Shown here: in pieces, positions 22,801 through 32,679 of the stretch
How positions within the stretch are numbered: the stretch's first letter is position 1
How the letters are laid out: the number at the start of each line of letters is the position of its first letter
Assembly (NCBI GenBank): GCA_964019425.1
Contig: OZ025786.1
Coordinates: 1,054,001 to 1,118,000, forward strand
Length of the DNA stretch: 64,000 bases
Direction of reading: 5' to 3'
Source of the DNA: Flectonema sp. DT1601
Lineage: Eukaryota
Translations under genes and position numbers: made by a program
Notes under the pieces: generated by a model
What the model saw: only the letters and a program-made list of their open reading frames with translations
The model's database searches: none
What the model was told of the DNA's origin: nothing

Positions 22801-23848
22801 TGCTGTAACCCCATATTTATATTCTAAAAAATTGAGTCTGCGATTCGAAGTTATTTTAAGAAACTTAATCAATTAACGACTCCAGGTTCAAACGAGTTTT
22901 TTTTTTTTTTTTTTTTTTCTTCTAAACCAACGGGGAAGAGCAGAGCTGGAGAATAGAGGAAAAGTAAAGGGGGAAAATAAGAAAATAAAATAAAACAAAA
23001 GAGCTGAGGAGTTGCAAAAGAAAGAAAAAATCTGAAAAACTCAAGTGGGAATGAGCTGAACGAAAAAAAGGAACATGATTTTTGAAAATATTTTTTTTCT
23101 CCATTTTTTTCCCCCTTTCTTTCTACCACGGTTCACATGAGCAATCATGACCAAGAAAATAAAAAAAAACGAAAAAAAAAAAATATTTTCTCAATTCCCC
23201 CAAGTAACTTGATAATGAAACACCTTTAGTTCTAATCACAATAGTGACCATAAGAAGATCAATCCATGACTACAAACCAACACGCGGAAATACGGAAATT
23301 CCGTAGTTATAATGGAACTTCTCTGATCTAACTTTAGGCAGTATTGGTCGTAGCTACAAAACCGAACAGTTAATCCCCTTAAGGGGCATCACTTCAAAGC
23401 AGTCTCAAACAATAAAGAAACAAATAAAAAAAAGGCATAGCCAGCATGGGTGCTTTCTTTGATTATTATTATTCTTCTTCTTTCTTTTTTTTTAATTAAA
23501 AATACGATCAAAAAAAAGAAAAAGGTGAGTCTTAAATAGCAACAATGAAGTAGTTCACCACTAGCCCTCATGACAACTTTTGATTGATAAAGAAGCCTCG
23601 CGTGCACTGTTTTTTATTATTTTTATTTCTTTTTTTGTGTCACCCTGCAGCAGTGATGATGGTAAAAAATTTCTCTAAATCAAGACGGGTTGCGTTTGAC
23701 AATTATCGCTAATTGTGTCGCAATTGCATTACTCGAGGTCTTGTCTTTTGAGTTCAGCTGTCCGCTTTTTTCCCTCTTTTTTTTTTTTATGTTTTATTTT
23801 ACGTATTTATTCTCCTTTTCCCCCTCTATTGCTTTTCCCTGTTCTCGG

Positions 23849-23880
<32 letters not shown>

Positions 23881-24145
23881 TTTTTTTCCCTCGAAGTCTC
23901 AGTGCGTCAGCTGTTTCTTGTGGAATTGTAATCTTGTTGTTATTATTGGTATTAACTTTACACAGGCTGGATGACAAATGTAAATATAAGTGTGTTTGAT
24001 TGTAGTGGTTATTGCCCTATTAGTATTTAAATATCTGCTGCGCTTAAACTTTGTTTCAGTTTCTCTCTCTCCAATAAATGTAGAAATTATGATGTCAATT
24101 ACGTTGCAGACTGTTCGCCTTGTGATATCACTGATCGGACAGTGC

Positions 24146-24204
24146 CGTGATGCTACCACTGGATGGATTATGGCTGAACGCCTCTAAGCCTGAACCCAGT
24201 CTAG
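24146..24204 (+). rRNA. Short LSU rRNA 3'-domain fragment (pseudogene)
   Basis: GCTACCA...GGATTATGGCTGAACGCCTCTAAG is a conserved LSU domain VI segment. Confidence 0.75.
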
Positions 24205-24520
24205 AGACATACATGCTTTGCAGTTCCAATACTGTTTGAGAGTAATTTAAATGTGAAATAAACTGATTCTCCATAACTATCAGAGTTCGGTCAGTTATGA
24301 AATCTTGTTGGGTAAACACATCAATAAGAGATAAGAAACTCGTATTTTTGTCATATAACAGGTTGTTTGTTAAACAAATCGTGGCTGTAGGTTGAGATTA
24401 AATTGTGCAAAAAAAAAAAAAAGAAGTGTGTTTGAAGGAATATGTTTTGCACGTTTGTTAACCTCATCATACTCCAAGCCATTCATCATCACATTTCGTA
24501 GGTTACTCAGGCGAGTTAAA

Positions 24521-26071
24521 ATGCAACTTTCGGTTACGTTCCCGGACACAGGATTCCCTGACGTTGTTTTCACAGCTTCTGGAGAGTCGCTCGTGAAGGA
24601 TGCGTTGCAGGTTGCAGCTGATGAGTGGGGTACCGATGCTGACTTTCTTGAACTCTCACTCGCAGGATCGCGGCTTCGAGCAGGTAGTCGACTGGTGTCG
24701 TACGGAGTGGAGGACGGCTCTCTGTTGGATGCATCGGTGGTGCGCTTGTTTGGATTGGAATGGTTCACAGATGCTGCAAAGAGAGCGAAGGCATTCCTAC
24801 GAGGAGAACGAGATCAGGACGGGTTTTTGTGCCTTGACACTCCCACATTCGCTGTGGATGGTTGTCTTCAGTTTAATAACAGTGAGTGGTTCTCGGATGA
24901 TGTTACGAACATCTCATTCAGCAACTCTGAACCCTCAGTCACGACCGTTTCAGATGATTTCTTATCCTCATTTCGTGAGGTTATAAAGATCAGTCTGCCT
25001 GGTCTTCAATACGTCACATCTGTTGGTAATCAGTTCCTCAGTAATTGCAAATCACTGTCATCCGTAGACTTATCAAGTCTCAGCAACGTGTTAGCTGTTG
25101 GAGACTATTTTCTATATTCTTGTTCATCCCTCACATCTCTGGACTTATCTGGTCTCAGCAATGTTTCAGTTGTTGGAGACTATTTTCTAAGTCATTGTTC
25201 ATCCCTCACATCTCTGGACTTATCTGGTCTCAGCAATGTTTCAGCTGTTGGAAACAATTTTCTAAGTTCTTGTTCATTCCTCACATCTCTGGACTTATCA
25301 AGTCTCAGCAACGTGTTAGCTGTTGGAGACTCTTTTCTATATTCTTGTTCATCCCTCACATCTCTGGACTTATCTGGTCTCAGCAATATTTCAGCTATCG
25401 GAGACTATTTTCTATATGCTTGTTCATCCCTCACATCTCTGGACTTATCAAGTCTCAGCAATATTTCAGCTGTTGGAAACTGTTTTGTATATTCTTGTTC
25501 ATCCCTCACATCCCTGGACTTATCAAGTCTCAGCAGTATTTCAGCTGTTGGAAGCTCTTTTCTAGGTAATTGTTCATCCCTCACATCTCTGGACTTATCA
25601 AGTCTCAGCAACGTGTTAGCTGTTGGAGACTATTTTCTATATTCTTGTTCATCCCTCACATCTCTGGACTTATCAAGTCTCAGCAATATTTCAGTTGTTG
25701 GAAACAATTTTCTAGGTTATTGTTCATTCCTCACATCTCTGGACTTATCAAGTCTCAGCAGTATTTCAGCTGTTGGAAACCATTTTCTAAGTTATTGTTC
25801 ATCCCTCGCATCTCTGGACTTATCAAGTCTCAGCAATATTTCAGTTATTGGGGACGATTTTCTAGCTTTTTGTTCATCCCTCACATCTGCGGACTTATCA
25901 AGTCTCAGCAATGTTTCAGTTGTTGGTTGCTTTTTTCTAAATAATTGTTCATCACTTACTTCCTTGGATTTAACCCTCTTGAATGTGGAATCCGTTGGAA
26001 GTAATTTCCTAGAAGGTTGTTCATCCATTAACAGAAATGAACTGCATACGAGTATAAGGAATTTAAAATAA
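24521..26071 (+). CDS. Ubiquitin-like N-terminal domain plus BspA-like leucine-rich repeat protein
   Basis: N-terminus MQLSVTF...VKDAL...LSLAGSRL....LVSYGVEDGSLL follows a Ubl pattern. About 13 tandem 25-aa units of SLTSLDLSSLSNVxxVGxxFLxxCS. Confidence 0.85.
   Translation: MQLSVTFPDTGFPDVVFTASGESLVKDALQVAADEWGTDADFLELSLAGSRLRAGSRLVSYGVEDGSLLDASVVRLFGLEWFTDAAKRAKAFLRGERDQDGFLCLDTPTFAVDGCLQFNNSEWFSDDVTNISFSNSEPSVTTVSDDFLSSFREVIKISLPGLQYVTSVGNQFLSNCKSLSSVDLSSLSNVLAVGDYFLYSCSSLTSLDLSGLSNVSVVGDYFLSHCSSLTSLDLSGLSNVSAVGNNFLSSCSFLTSLDLSSLSNVLAVGDSFLYSCSSLTSLDLSGLSNISAIGDYFLYACSSLTSLDLSSLSNISAVGNCFVYSCSSLTSLDLSSLSSISAVGSSFLGNCSSLTSLDLSSLSNVLAVGDYFLYSCSSLTSLDLSSLSNISVVGNNFLGYCSFLTSLDLSSLSSISAVGNHFLSYCSSLASLDLSSLSNISVIGDDFLAFCSSLTSADLSSLSNVSVVGCFFLNNCSSLTSLDLTLLNVESVGSNFLEGCSSINRNELHTSIRNLK
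25050..26025 (+). repeat. Coding tandem repeat, 75-nt unit, about 13 copies
   Basis: TTGTTCATCCCTCACATCTCTGGACTTATCAAGTCTCAGCAA recurs every 75 nt. Confidence 0.9.
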
Positions 26072-26341
26072 TAGAAATCATAAATGTTGTTTTTAGTGTG
26101 TGTTGTTCCCTTTTTTATTTCAAGGTATATAATTTATCTTTTATTTGATGGTGATTTAAGAAAAGAAGATGTGTGTTCGCTCACACACTCTTAATAAGTG
26201 TTTGTTAATTAAAATTGAATGTTTAATTACATTGCAATATTCTTATTCCCTTTACTGGGTCATATTCTCATCAGATTCCCAACCCTATTTGGTATTCCCA
26301 ACCCGCCTTTTCCCCGCCACCCGGCATGGTGCGCTCTACTT

Positions 26342-26540
26342 ATAGTACGTGGCCCATATTCGACAGCACATATGGGATTTTTTATCGATACCAATTGTTG
26401 ATTTTCTTATATTGCAACCAGGTTTGGCCGAACCCTATTCCCGTTTTAGCCGGTTTCAAGTTGCTTTCCATTTAATATTAGTCTCACGATTACTGGTAGC
26501 AATAATACTAGTACCCACCCTGTTGAGCTTTTATTGACTT
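26342..26540. repeat. Dispersed repeat, similar to 19683-19870
   Basis: Same shared blocks as the 19.7-kb copy, with indels. Confidence 0.65.
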
Positions 26541-27033
26541 TTAGCTCCGTAAATAAATGAAAAATAAATGATTAAGGTCTGCAGTAAAGTAGTTTAACAG
26601 AAAACTCGCAAGTCACCAAAATTACATTTTGGTAATATGTCACCGGCACTGCTCCCACTATTCTTCCTCCAACTACTACTATAAAACAGAACCCTTTACG
26701 CAGAAGTAATCTGCACCCCTTCATAGTGTAGATACTTCTTTGTTGGATACAATTCTGGTGTTTGTCTTTGCCTTCAATCTTAACATATACGTCTTTCTCA
26801 GGTGCATATAGTGATGGAAAGCGACTTACTGCGTATTGACAAGACCGGACAAGTCAATATAGTTTAAGAGAGTTACATGCTAACAGGAAGTCATCACCGA
26901 TTGATGAGATGACCGAATTTGACTGACTTGCTTCTACACCATCACTGGTGAGAGAGAATGGAGTTAAAGAGGTATATGGATTACTCTCGAAACCTGAATA
27001 GTTGCTTTATAATAACACTTGTTCACAGACAAC

Positions 27034-28632
27034 ATGCAAGTTTCCATTTCCTGTCGAGATGGAGATTTTCCGGCTGTTCCGTTTGTGGTGACCGAAGACA
27101 CGCTGGTGAGTGACGCAATTGAGGCAGCGTCAGATGAGTGGGGTGCTGGGTTTCAGAATTGTAAGTTGTGTTGTGAAGGGAAGGTGCTTCCGATGTCTTC
27201 TAAGTTGGTATCACATGGGATAGAAGGGGGTGCACAGTTGGAAGTGTTGAAGGAGTTGTTGGGATGGAGTATCGAAGATATGAATGCATTTGAAGGAACG
27301 ATTGAAGAACTACTGCAATTCTGTGACGACGAGGGTTTCTTGCCCGTCAACACGCAATTATTCGTCTCTCAGGAACTTGAATTAAGGAATCCGACAATAA
27401 CAAGTTTGTCTTTTGTTAATGGCCATGCGATAATTGATTTCAATAGCAGGGCAGTGAGGAATATGAAGAAAGTGAAACGAGTGAAGTTTCCGGGTTTGTA
27501 TAACGTGAGAACCATCGGTGACAACTTCATTAGCGGGTTTCCTTCACTTACAGATATCAATCTGTCGGGATTGTGTAACGTGGAGGTGATTGGGGAACGG
27601 TTCTTGTATGGTGCTGCTTTACGAGCAATTGATCTATCACCGTTGGTCAACCTTCAACATCTAGGTGACAATGCACTGAACGACTGCCATAGGCTTTCTT
27701 CGATTAATTTTAGCCTTCCTCGTCTGAAGAGTATCCCGTATCAGTTTTTTTCATTTTCTGGAAACTGTCACTACCCGGAATCAGAGCTAGACAGAATTGA
27801 TTTGTCGTGCCTCAGAAGTGTTACCCATATCGGAAAAGATTTTTTGTCAAAACACAATGCACTTCAAGAGGTTGAATTCGGAACTGCGATGGGAAACGTA
27901 TCCCACGTTGATGAGTGCTTCTTGTCACGTGCTGCAGTGGAAGCGCTTGATTTTTCAAGTTTCACCAGCCTGACTGATATTTCCCGTAACTTTCTTTGGT
28001 ATTGCAAATCCCTGAAGTCAGTGGACTTGTCAGGCCTGCAAAGCCTTCGAACTATTGGCAGAAATTTCTTGGTAGGGTGTTCAAATATCACCGAACTCGA
28101 CTTATCGATGTTGGTGAATACGATATCAATCGGTGATGACTTCCTGAGCGCTTGTTCATCTCTGAAGTGTATTGACTTGTCTGGTCTTGTCAATATAGTT
28201 TCTTTGGGAAATCGTTTTTTATCACGATGCACCTCGTTGGTAGAGATTGATCTCAGCAAGTTGACGTCACTCACTGAGGTGGGGGATTCATTTCTTATAG
28301 GATGTTGTAGTCTTAGAAGTGTGAGCTTTGATGGGCTCAGTAGTTTAACAAATATTGGAGAACACGGTCTTGAGGGTTGCTCGTCACTCTATGGGGTTGA
28401 TGAGAGGTCGCTCCGGGTTGATTGTTGCTTTAAAGGTCCCTTGTTTGAGAATACTGGTTTGTGGTCAAAATACGAAATGAAGTTTGATAGACGACGTACA
28501 TTACAACAAGTGAGAGAAGCAGTAAGGAAGACCCAGACTCAGGCTTTGTGTGCAATCAGCAACTCGCAGATGTTGGAGAAGGAAATACAATCTGTTTGTG
28601 ATAGACTTGCTAAGTTAGAATCCGCAAATTAA
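27034..28632 (+). CDS. Second, more diverged Ubl plus BspA-like LRR paralogue with short C-terminal coiled coil
   Basis: MQVSISC...A.DEWG...EGKVL...KLVSHGIEGGAQL parallels the upstream gene; repeats LKSVDLSGLQSLRTIGRNFLVGC. Confidence 0.85.
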   Translation: MQVSISCRDGDFPAVPFVVTEDTLVSDAIEAASDEWGAGFQNCKLCCEGKVLPMSSKLVSHGIEGGAQLEVLKELLGWSIEDMNAFEGTIEELLQFCDDEGFLPVNTQLFVSQELELRNPTITSLSFVNGHAIIDFNSRAVRNMKKVKRVKFPGLYNVRTIGDNFISGFPSLTDINLSGLCNVEVIGERFLYGAALRAIDLSPLVNLQHLGDNALNDCHRLSSINFSLPRLKSIPYQFFSFSGNCHYPESELDRIDLSCLRSVTHIGKDFLSKHNALQEVEFGTAMGNVSHVDECFLSRAAVEALDFSSFTSLTDISRNFLWYCKSLKSVDLSGLQSLRTIGRNFLVGCSNITELDLSMLVNTISIGDDFLSACSSLKCIDLSGLVNIVSLGNRFLSRCTSLVEIDLSKLTSLTEVGDSFLIGCCSLRSVSFDGLSSLTNIGEHGLEGCSSLYGVDERSLRVDCCFKGPLFENTGLWSKYEMKFDRRRTLQQVREAVRKTQTQALCAISNSQMLEKEIQSVCDRLAKLESAN

Positions 28633-29495
28633 CTTCCCAACACCCGTAATCCCAATGGTCTTGTTCTGTGATTGTATGTTTTAATTTTTTTATTTTTATT
28701 TTTAGTTTATTTTTTTCAGATATGCACAACTCACAATTAAATTATGCATCACTATCAAAAGTATCACATACTGCACAAACCTGCTGGACCGTTGCCAGCA
28801 ATCGCTAGTGGGATAAGGAGCCGGTTGGACGATTGACAAATGCCCAGCACGTGATTTCATTTTTAGTTCAACACCGAAGCCATCTTTTCGATTTGTATAC
28901 TGCAATAATGATCAGTTCAATACTCTATCGGCCGTATGACTTAGTTGTGGTTTTGAGAGGTGAACAAGATCCGGAGCATTGGGTTATCAGGTAAAGGTGT
29001 AGTCCGTGAGACCTTTCGCATCACCAGAACTACTTCGAAGAGTCAGGTCTGTTCGATGACACAAATTAGATTTTTAAAAAATATTTAACGTACAAGGCAT
29101 TCGCTCAATAATATTAGATATGGACTGTTTCTACAGAGTAGAACCTGCTGTTGTAAAAGACTATTTTTATCGAAATATACTTTTACCATTAGCGATACCG
29201 AAGTTAACACATTTGGAACCTTCGATAATGCAAGTAATGATATCGCTACCATGAAATGTTCCTCAGAAGACGGCACCGACAATTGCAAATGATGTACTTA
29301 CAATGGCCCCACATATATATATCAGTCATTCTTTTTTTTTTTGCAAATGAAATTCTGGACAATGAAATTTTTAAAAATTTCGATCGAAGCGGCATTTTAA
29401 TGCGCTGCATCGTTGGGTTCATTTCCGTCCGAAATCGGGAGGTTGGCATCACATACTTGTCACCTGGGTTGAAAGGGATTTTGTGGTTTACTAAA

Positions 29496-30758
29496 TCAGC
29501 TCAGCTGTAGGCCTACGGCTAAGGAAGCATGTCCGCTTCCCACAGTAGAAGTTCTGGAGGTGGCGTACGGCTGGTGAACGTAATAATGATCCATCCGTTC
29601 TTCCTTTTCTTGAAAGATTTGTTGTTGCTGTTGATACAGGCTGGTTCTCTGATTTTCAATTTCCATGTCCATCTCGGTCCTTAGACTCGACAATTCCTTC
29701 CTACCTTTTTCGATTTCTTCCTCCTGTTGTCGTTGTAGTTGGAGACGTTGGATTGGAGGTCCTCGTAGGCCTTTCGCTTGCTCCTTGCTTTTTTTCTCGA
29801 GCTGCTTCTGTAAGGTAAGCAACTCCAGTTTCCCCTTCTCAAGCTCATCATCGAACTGTTGTTGGAGTAGCTGCTGTTTATCTTCCAGGTTGGCCTGCTG
29901 TAGTTGTAGCTCCTGTTGAATCTGAAGCTGTTCTTGTTGCTGTTGTCGGTGGTTTTCCTCGAGTTGGCATCTTCTCCTTCGGAGAGACTCACTCTCGATT
30001 GCCTTCTCCTTCTGGTGTTTCTGTTCCAGTTGTTGTTGCTGTGCAATTATTATTTGCTGTTTCTGACGGATATCTTCCTTGTACTGAAGCAACTCCTGCT
30101 GTTGTTGGGCTTGATGATCGAGTTGCTGTTGCTGTTGTAGATGTTTCTGCTGTTGGGCTTGATAATTAAGTTGCTGTTGCTGCTGCAGTTGTTTTTCTTG
30201 TTGCTGTTGGACTTGATGATCAAGTTGTTGCTGCTGTTGCAGTTGTTTTTCATGCTGTTGCTGTTGTTGGCTCTCCAATTCCAGTTGCATCTGGTGTTTT
30301 GTTTGGTGAAGCTCGAGTTGCTGCTGCTGGTGTTGATTTTCCAGTAGTTGCTGCTTCGTCTCCTGTTGGCTCCTGTGTGCATCCAGGTCGTGTTCTAGTT
30401 GTAATTTTTCTTGGAAGAGGTCAAGCTGTTGCTGCTTGTGCTGTTCATCTAGCTCAGCCTGCTGGGCTTCTAGAAGTTCCTGCTTGCGAAGCAGTTCCTT
30501 CCTTTCCTCCTCCCGTTCTTCCTGCTGCTGCTTGGGCTTACGCTCCTCCGGGTTCTTCCGCGTTTCACCGCGGTCAACCACCGCGTTTGCCCGGTCCAGC
30601 CTTTCCCTGTCATCTTTCTTTGGTCCGTTCCCGTTAGCTGAGTGAGCCAACTTGTTCATCTCTTTTCTGGGGAGCGACGCGTTGGCTGTACATGCTCCCC
30701 CTTGATCCCTACAATTTTTTGTCGGCCTCAGCCGTCCGAGACCGCCGCGTGGAGGCAT
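29496..30758 (-). CDS. Gln-rich coiled-coil ORF (420 aa), function unknown, possibly a pseudogene
   Basis: Long open frame with poly-Q/E heptads. Downstream sequence (28.7-29.5 kb) shows only broken frames. Confidence 0.45.
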   Translation of the reverse strand: MPPRGGLGRLRPTKNCRDQGGACTANASLPRKEMNKLAHSANGNGPKKDDRERLDRANAVVDRGETRKNPEERKPKQQQEEREEERKELLRKQELLEAQQAELDEQHKQQQLDLFQEKLQLEHDLDAHRSQQETKQQLLENQHQQQQLELHQTKHQMQLELESQQQQQHEKQLQQQQQLDHQVQQQQEKQLQQQQQLNYQAQQQKHLQQQQQLDHQAQQQQELLQYKEDIRQKQQIIIAQQQQLEQKHQKEKAIESESLRRRRCQLEENHRQQQQEQLQIQQELQLQQANLEDKQQLLQQQFDDELEKGKLELLTLQKQLEKKSKEQAKGLRGPPIQRLQLQRQQEEEIEKGRKELSSLRTEMDMEIENQRTSLYQQQQQIFQEKEERMDHYYVHQPYATSRTSTVGSGHASLAVGLQLS

Positions 30759-30790
30759 TTTGTGTGGTCCCTAAAAAATAAATAAAAAGA

Positions 30791-31205
30791 TTTTTTTTGA
30801 TTTTTTTTTTTTCATTACTACCTGAAACTGTCTCTTCTTTTTCTACAGCAACTGGCTGACGCAAAACACGCGTACATTTAATGTGGTCCAGGGCAATTGC
30901 CCACCTCATAAGAGGCCCATTGTTCTTCCTTTCTTTCTCCCCAAGTTAGTAAGGCAGGTGTAAAATAAAATAATAAAAAGAAATTTATTTATGGGGAGGA
31001 ATTGTCAATCGTAAGATATGACTTATACTTATCACATATGTAAATATGTGGAGAAGGTAAGAACAATAACTAAAAACTTCATGTCGAAGTTGCAGCTCGT
31101 CGCAATTTGAATTGACATAGCTGTAGCTGCTATGTGCTTTTTGGGGATGGCCTGAAAGGTGTGGACTTTCATCTAAGATCTCTCAAAAACTCTCGATCTG
31201 TGTCC
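30791..31205. repeat. ~415-bp direct repeat, copy 1
   Basis: Nearly identical to 37986-38399; by eye about 3 substitutions plus 1-nt and T-run indels. Confidence 0.95.
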
Positions 31206-32613
31206 TGTTTTGGGGGTTGGGGGTGGGGACCCCGTAGGCTTCGTATCTCCTTTCTTTGTTTTGATAACTTAAAACTAATACTGCAGAGTAAATTGTCCAC
31301 TTGGACGTCTTCAGATGTGTTGCTAAATTGCCATCGGTACTTCCTAGTCTTGTAGGCTGCGGTCATGATCTTGACATTTGTCGATTATAAGATTACCTTC
31401 CTGTACTGCTAGTTCGTCCAAGGCAGTGACAAAGTTTAACATCCTTCGTTGGTTATTCAGTAAGTAACAGTCTTCTAGAGAACATGGTTCTTCTCCTTCT
31501 TCGTTTATCATAGGATCGATGTACTTGTCTCTTAAGAATTCCACGCACCAGTGTTCACATAATATTCACATGATGTGGTGTTGCCCTTGCATCTTTACAG
31601 AAGATGCATTTCTCATTTTGTCCCTTGAGTTTCAAGGATCTGCAGTGTCCCACTCTAAAGCGTGACATGATCACTTCTTCCGGTCTGGTGAGCTATGGAG
31701 GGTGCCTTACCTCTCCTGGCCCTAACCAGTTCTCCCGTTTTCTCCGCTTGTGGAAGGTCATCATCGTTCCCATATCAAGTTGAGCGGGTAGTTGTTTAAT
31801 AATTACATCCTTATAAGTGGATCATCCTTCAGGCCTGCTGCATACTTCGCAAGCTGGTCTGCTACTTCATTGTATCGTACATTTCTGTGCGCTGGCACAT
31901 ACTGTACGTTAATTTGTACACCCTTCCTCTCTAGCTTCATAGCTAACTTCCAGATGTCTTTATTCATTGGGGACCTTTGTTTGTATGGTCCTTGTTCCAA
32001 TGCCTGCATAACTGACATCGAATCAGTCAACAGGTGCGTCGTTGCTGTTGGACATTCTTGTTCCTCCTTCGCTGCTTGAACAAGATTCTCCATCGCCAAT
32101 TTTACAGCGATCTGTTCAGTCCTGTAGGAGGAACCCGCCACCGGTATTTTGTATCCAAGTAGACACGTCTTGCCTTTGTCTACTATAACCACAGCAGCAG
32201 CTGCATTCGTCATGTAGGTCTTAGACTTGTGCCTTATCGACCCATCCGTGTAAACTCTCGTGCCTTGAGCAGGTAAGTCTGCTTCACTCCGTTTCGCCTC
32301 GTCTTTATCACCTGGGTAAGTGAACTTCATCGCATTAGTTTCTTTCCACGGTGGTAGCGTGTAGTGCTCCGGATTTACTTCTTGGCTTATGATACTTCTG
32401 TTTATGTCAAGGCCAGGGATCCCAGATACATAGTAATTCCAGACAGTCCATCCCCATATCGTTTTTGGTGGGTTCTCTTCCATTCTTTTTGTTTTTGTCA
32501 GTTCATGTGCTGGTGGGTGTGGACTGAGCTTGAATCGTTCATATGTTCTGCACATCTTGTATTGGATGTGTTCCTTTAGTCATGGGGTGTCTGCCTCTTC
32601 GTACAGTCTTGTT
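31206..32613 (-). mobile_element. Truncated non-LTR retrotransposon (family A, related to 59849-64000): RNase H plus zinc-knuckle region, disrupted
   Basis: VYTDGSIRHKS, GSSYRTEQIAV, LLTDSMSV, QYVPAHRNVRYNEVADQLAK. 3' UTR matches sequence from 59956. In-frame stop near 32580 and a broken frame near 31800. Confidence 0.9.
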
Positions 32614-32679
32614 AATTCGAAATTAGAAACTGAAGAAAAAAAAAAAAAAAAACTGTAGCTGATTTCTTTTTTTGTCGAA

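Noticed and set aside
18400..24100. Many short poly-K/poly-F ORFs
   Set aside because: Artefacts of A/T homopolymers in low-complexity intergenic DNA; the same applies at 3.8-4.1 kb and 55.7-57.9 kb.
25050..26025. CRISPR array or DGR-style adenine mutagenesis in the 75-nt repeats (variable codons fit NNY)
   Set aside because: The repeats are in-frame LRR units with no unique spacers or cas genes. Silent adenines (TCA, ACA, TTA) do not vary as DGR mutagenesis would require, and no template repeat or DGR-type RT is present.
32650..32661. 11-12 nt resemblance to a euglenozoan spliced leader (AGCTACAGTTT on minus; also TTTCTGTACTTT near 38730)
   Set aside because: Matches are too short, compared from memory only, and not continued by the rest of the leader or an SL RNA intron.
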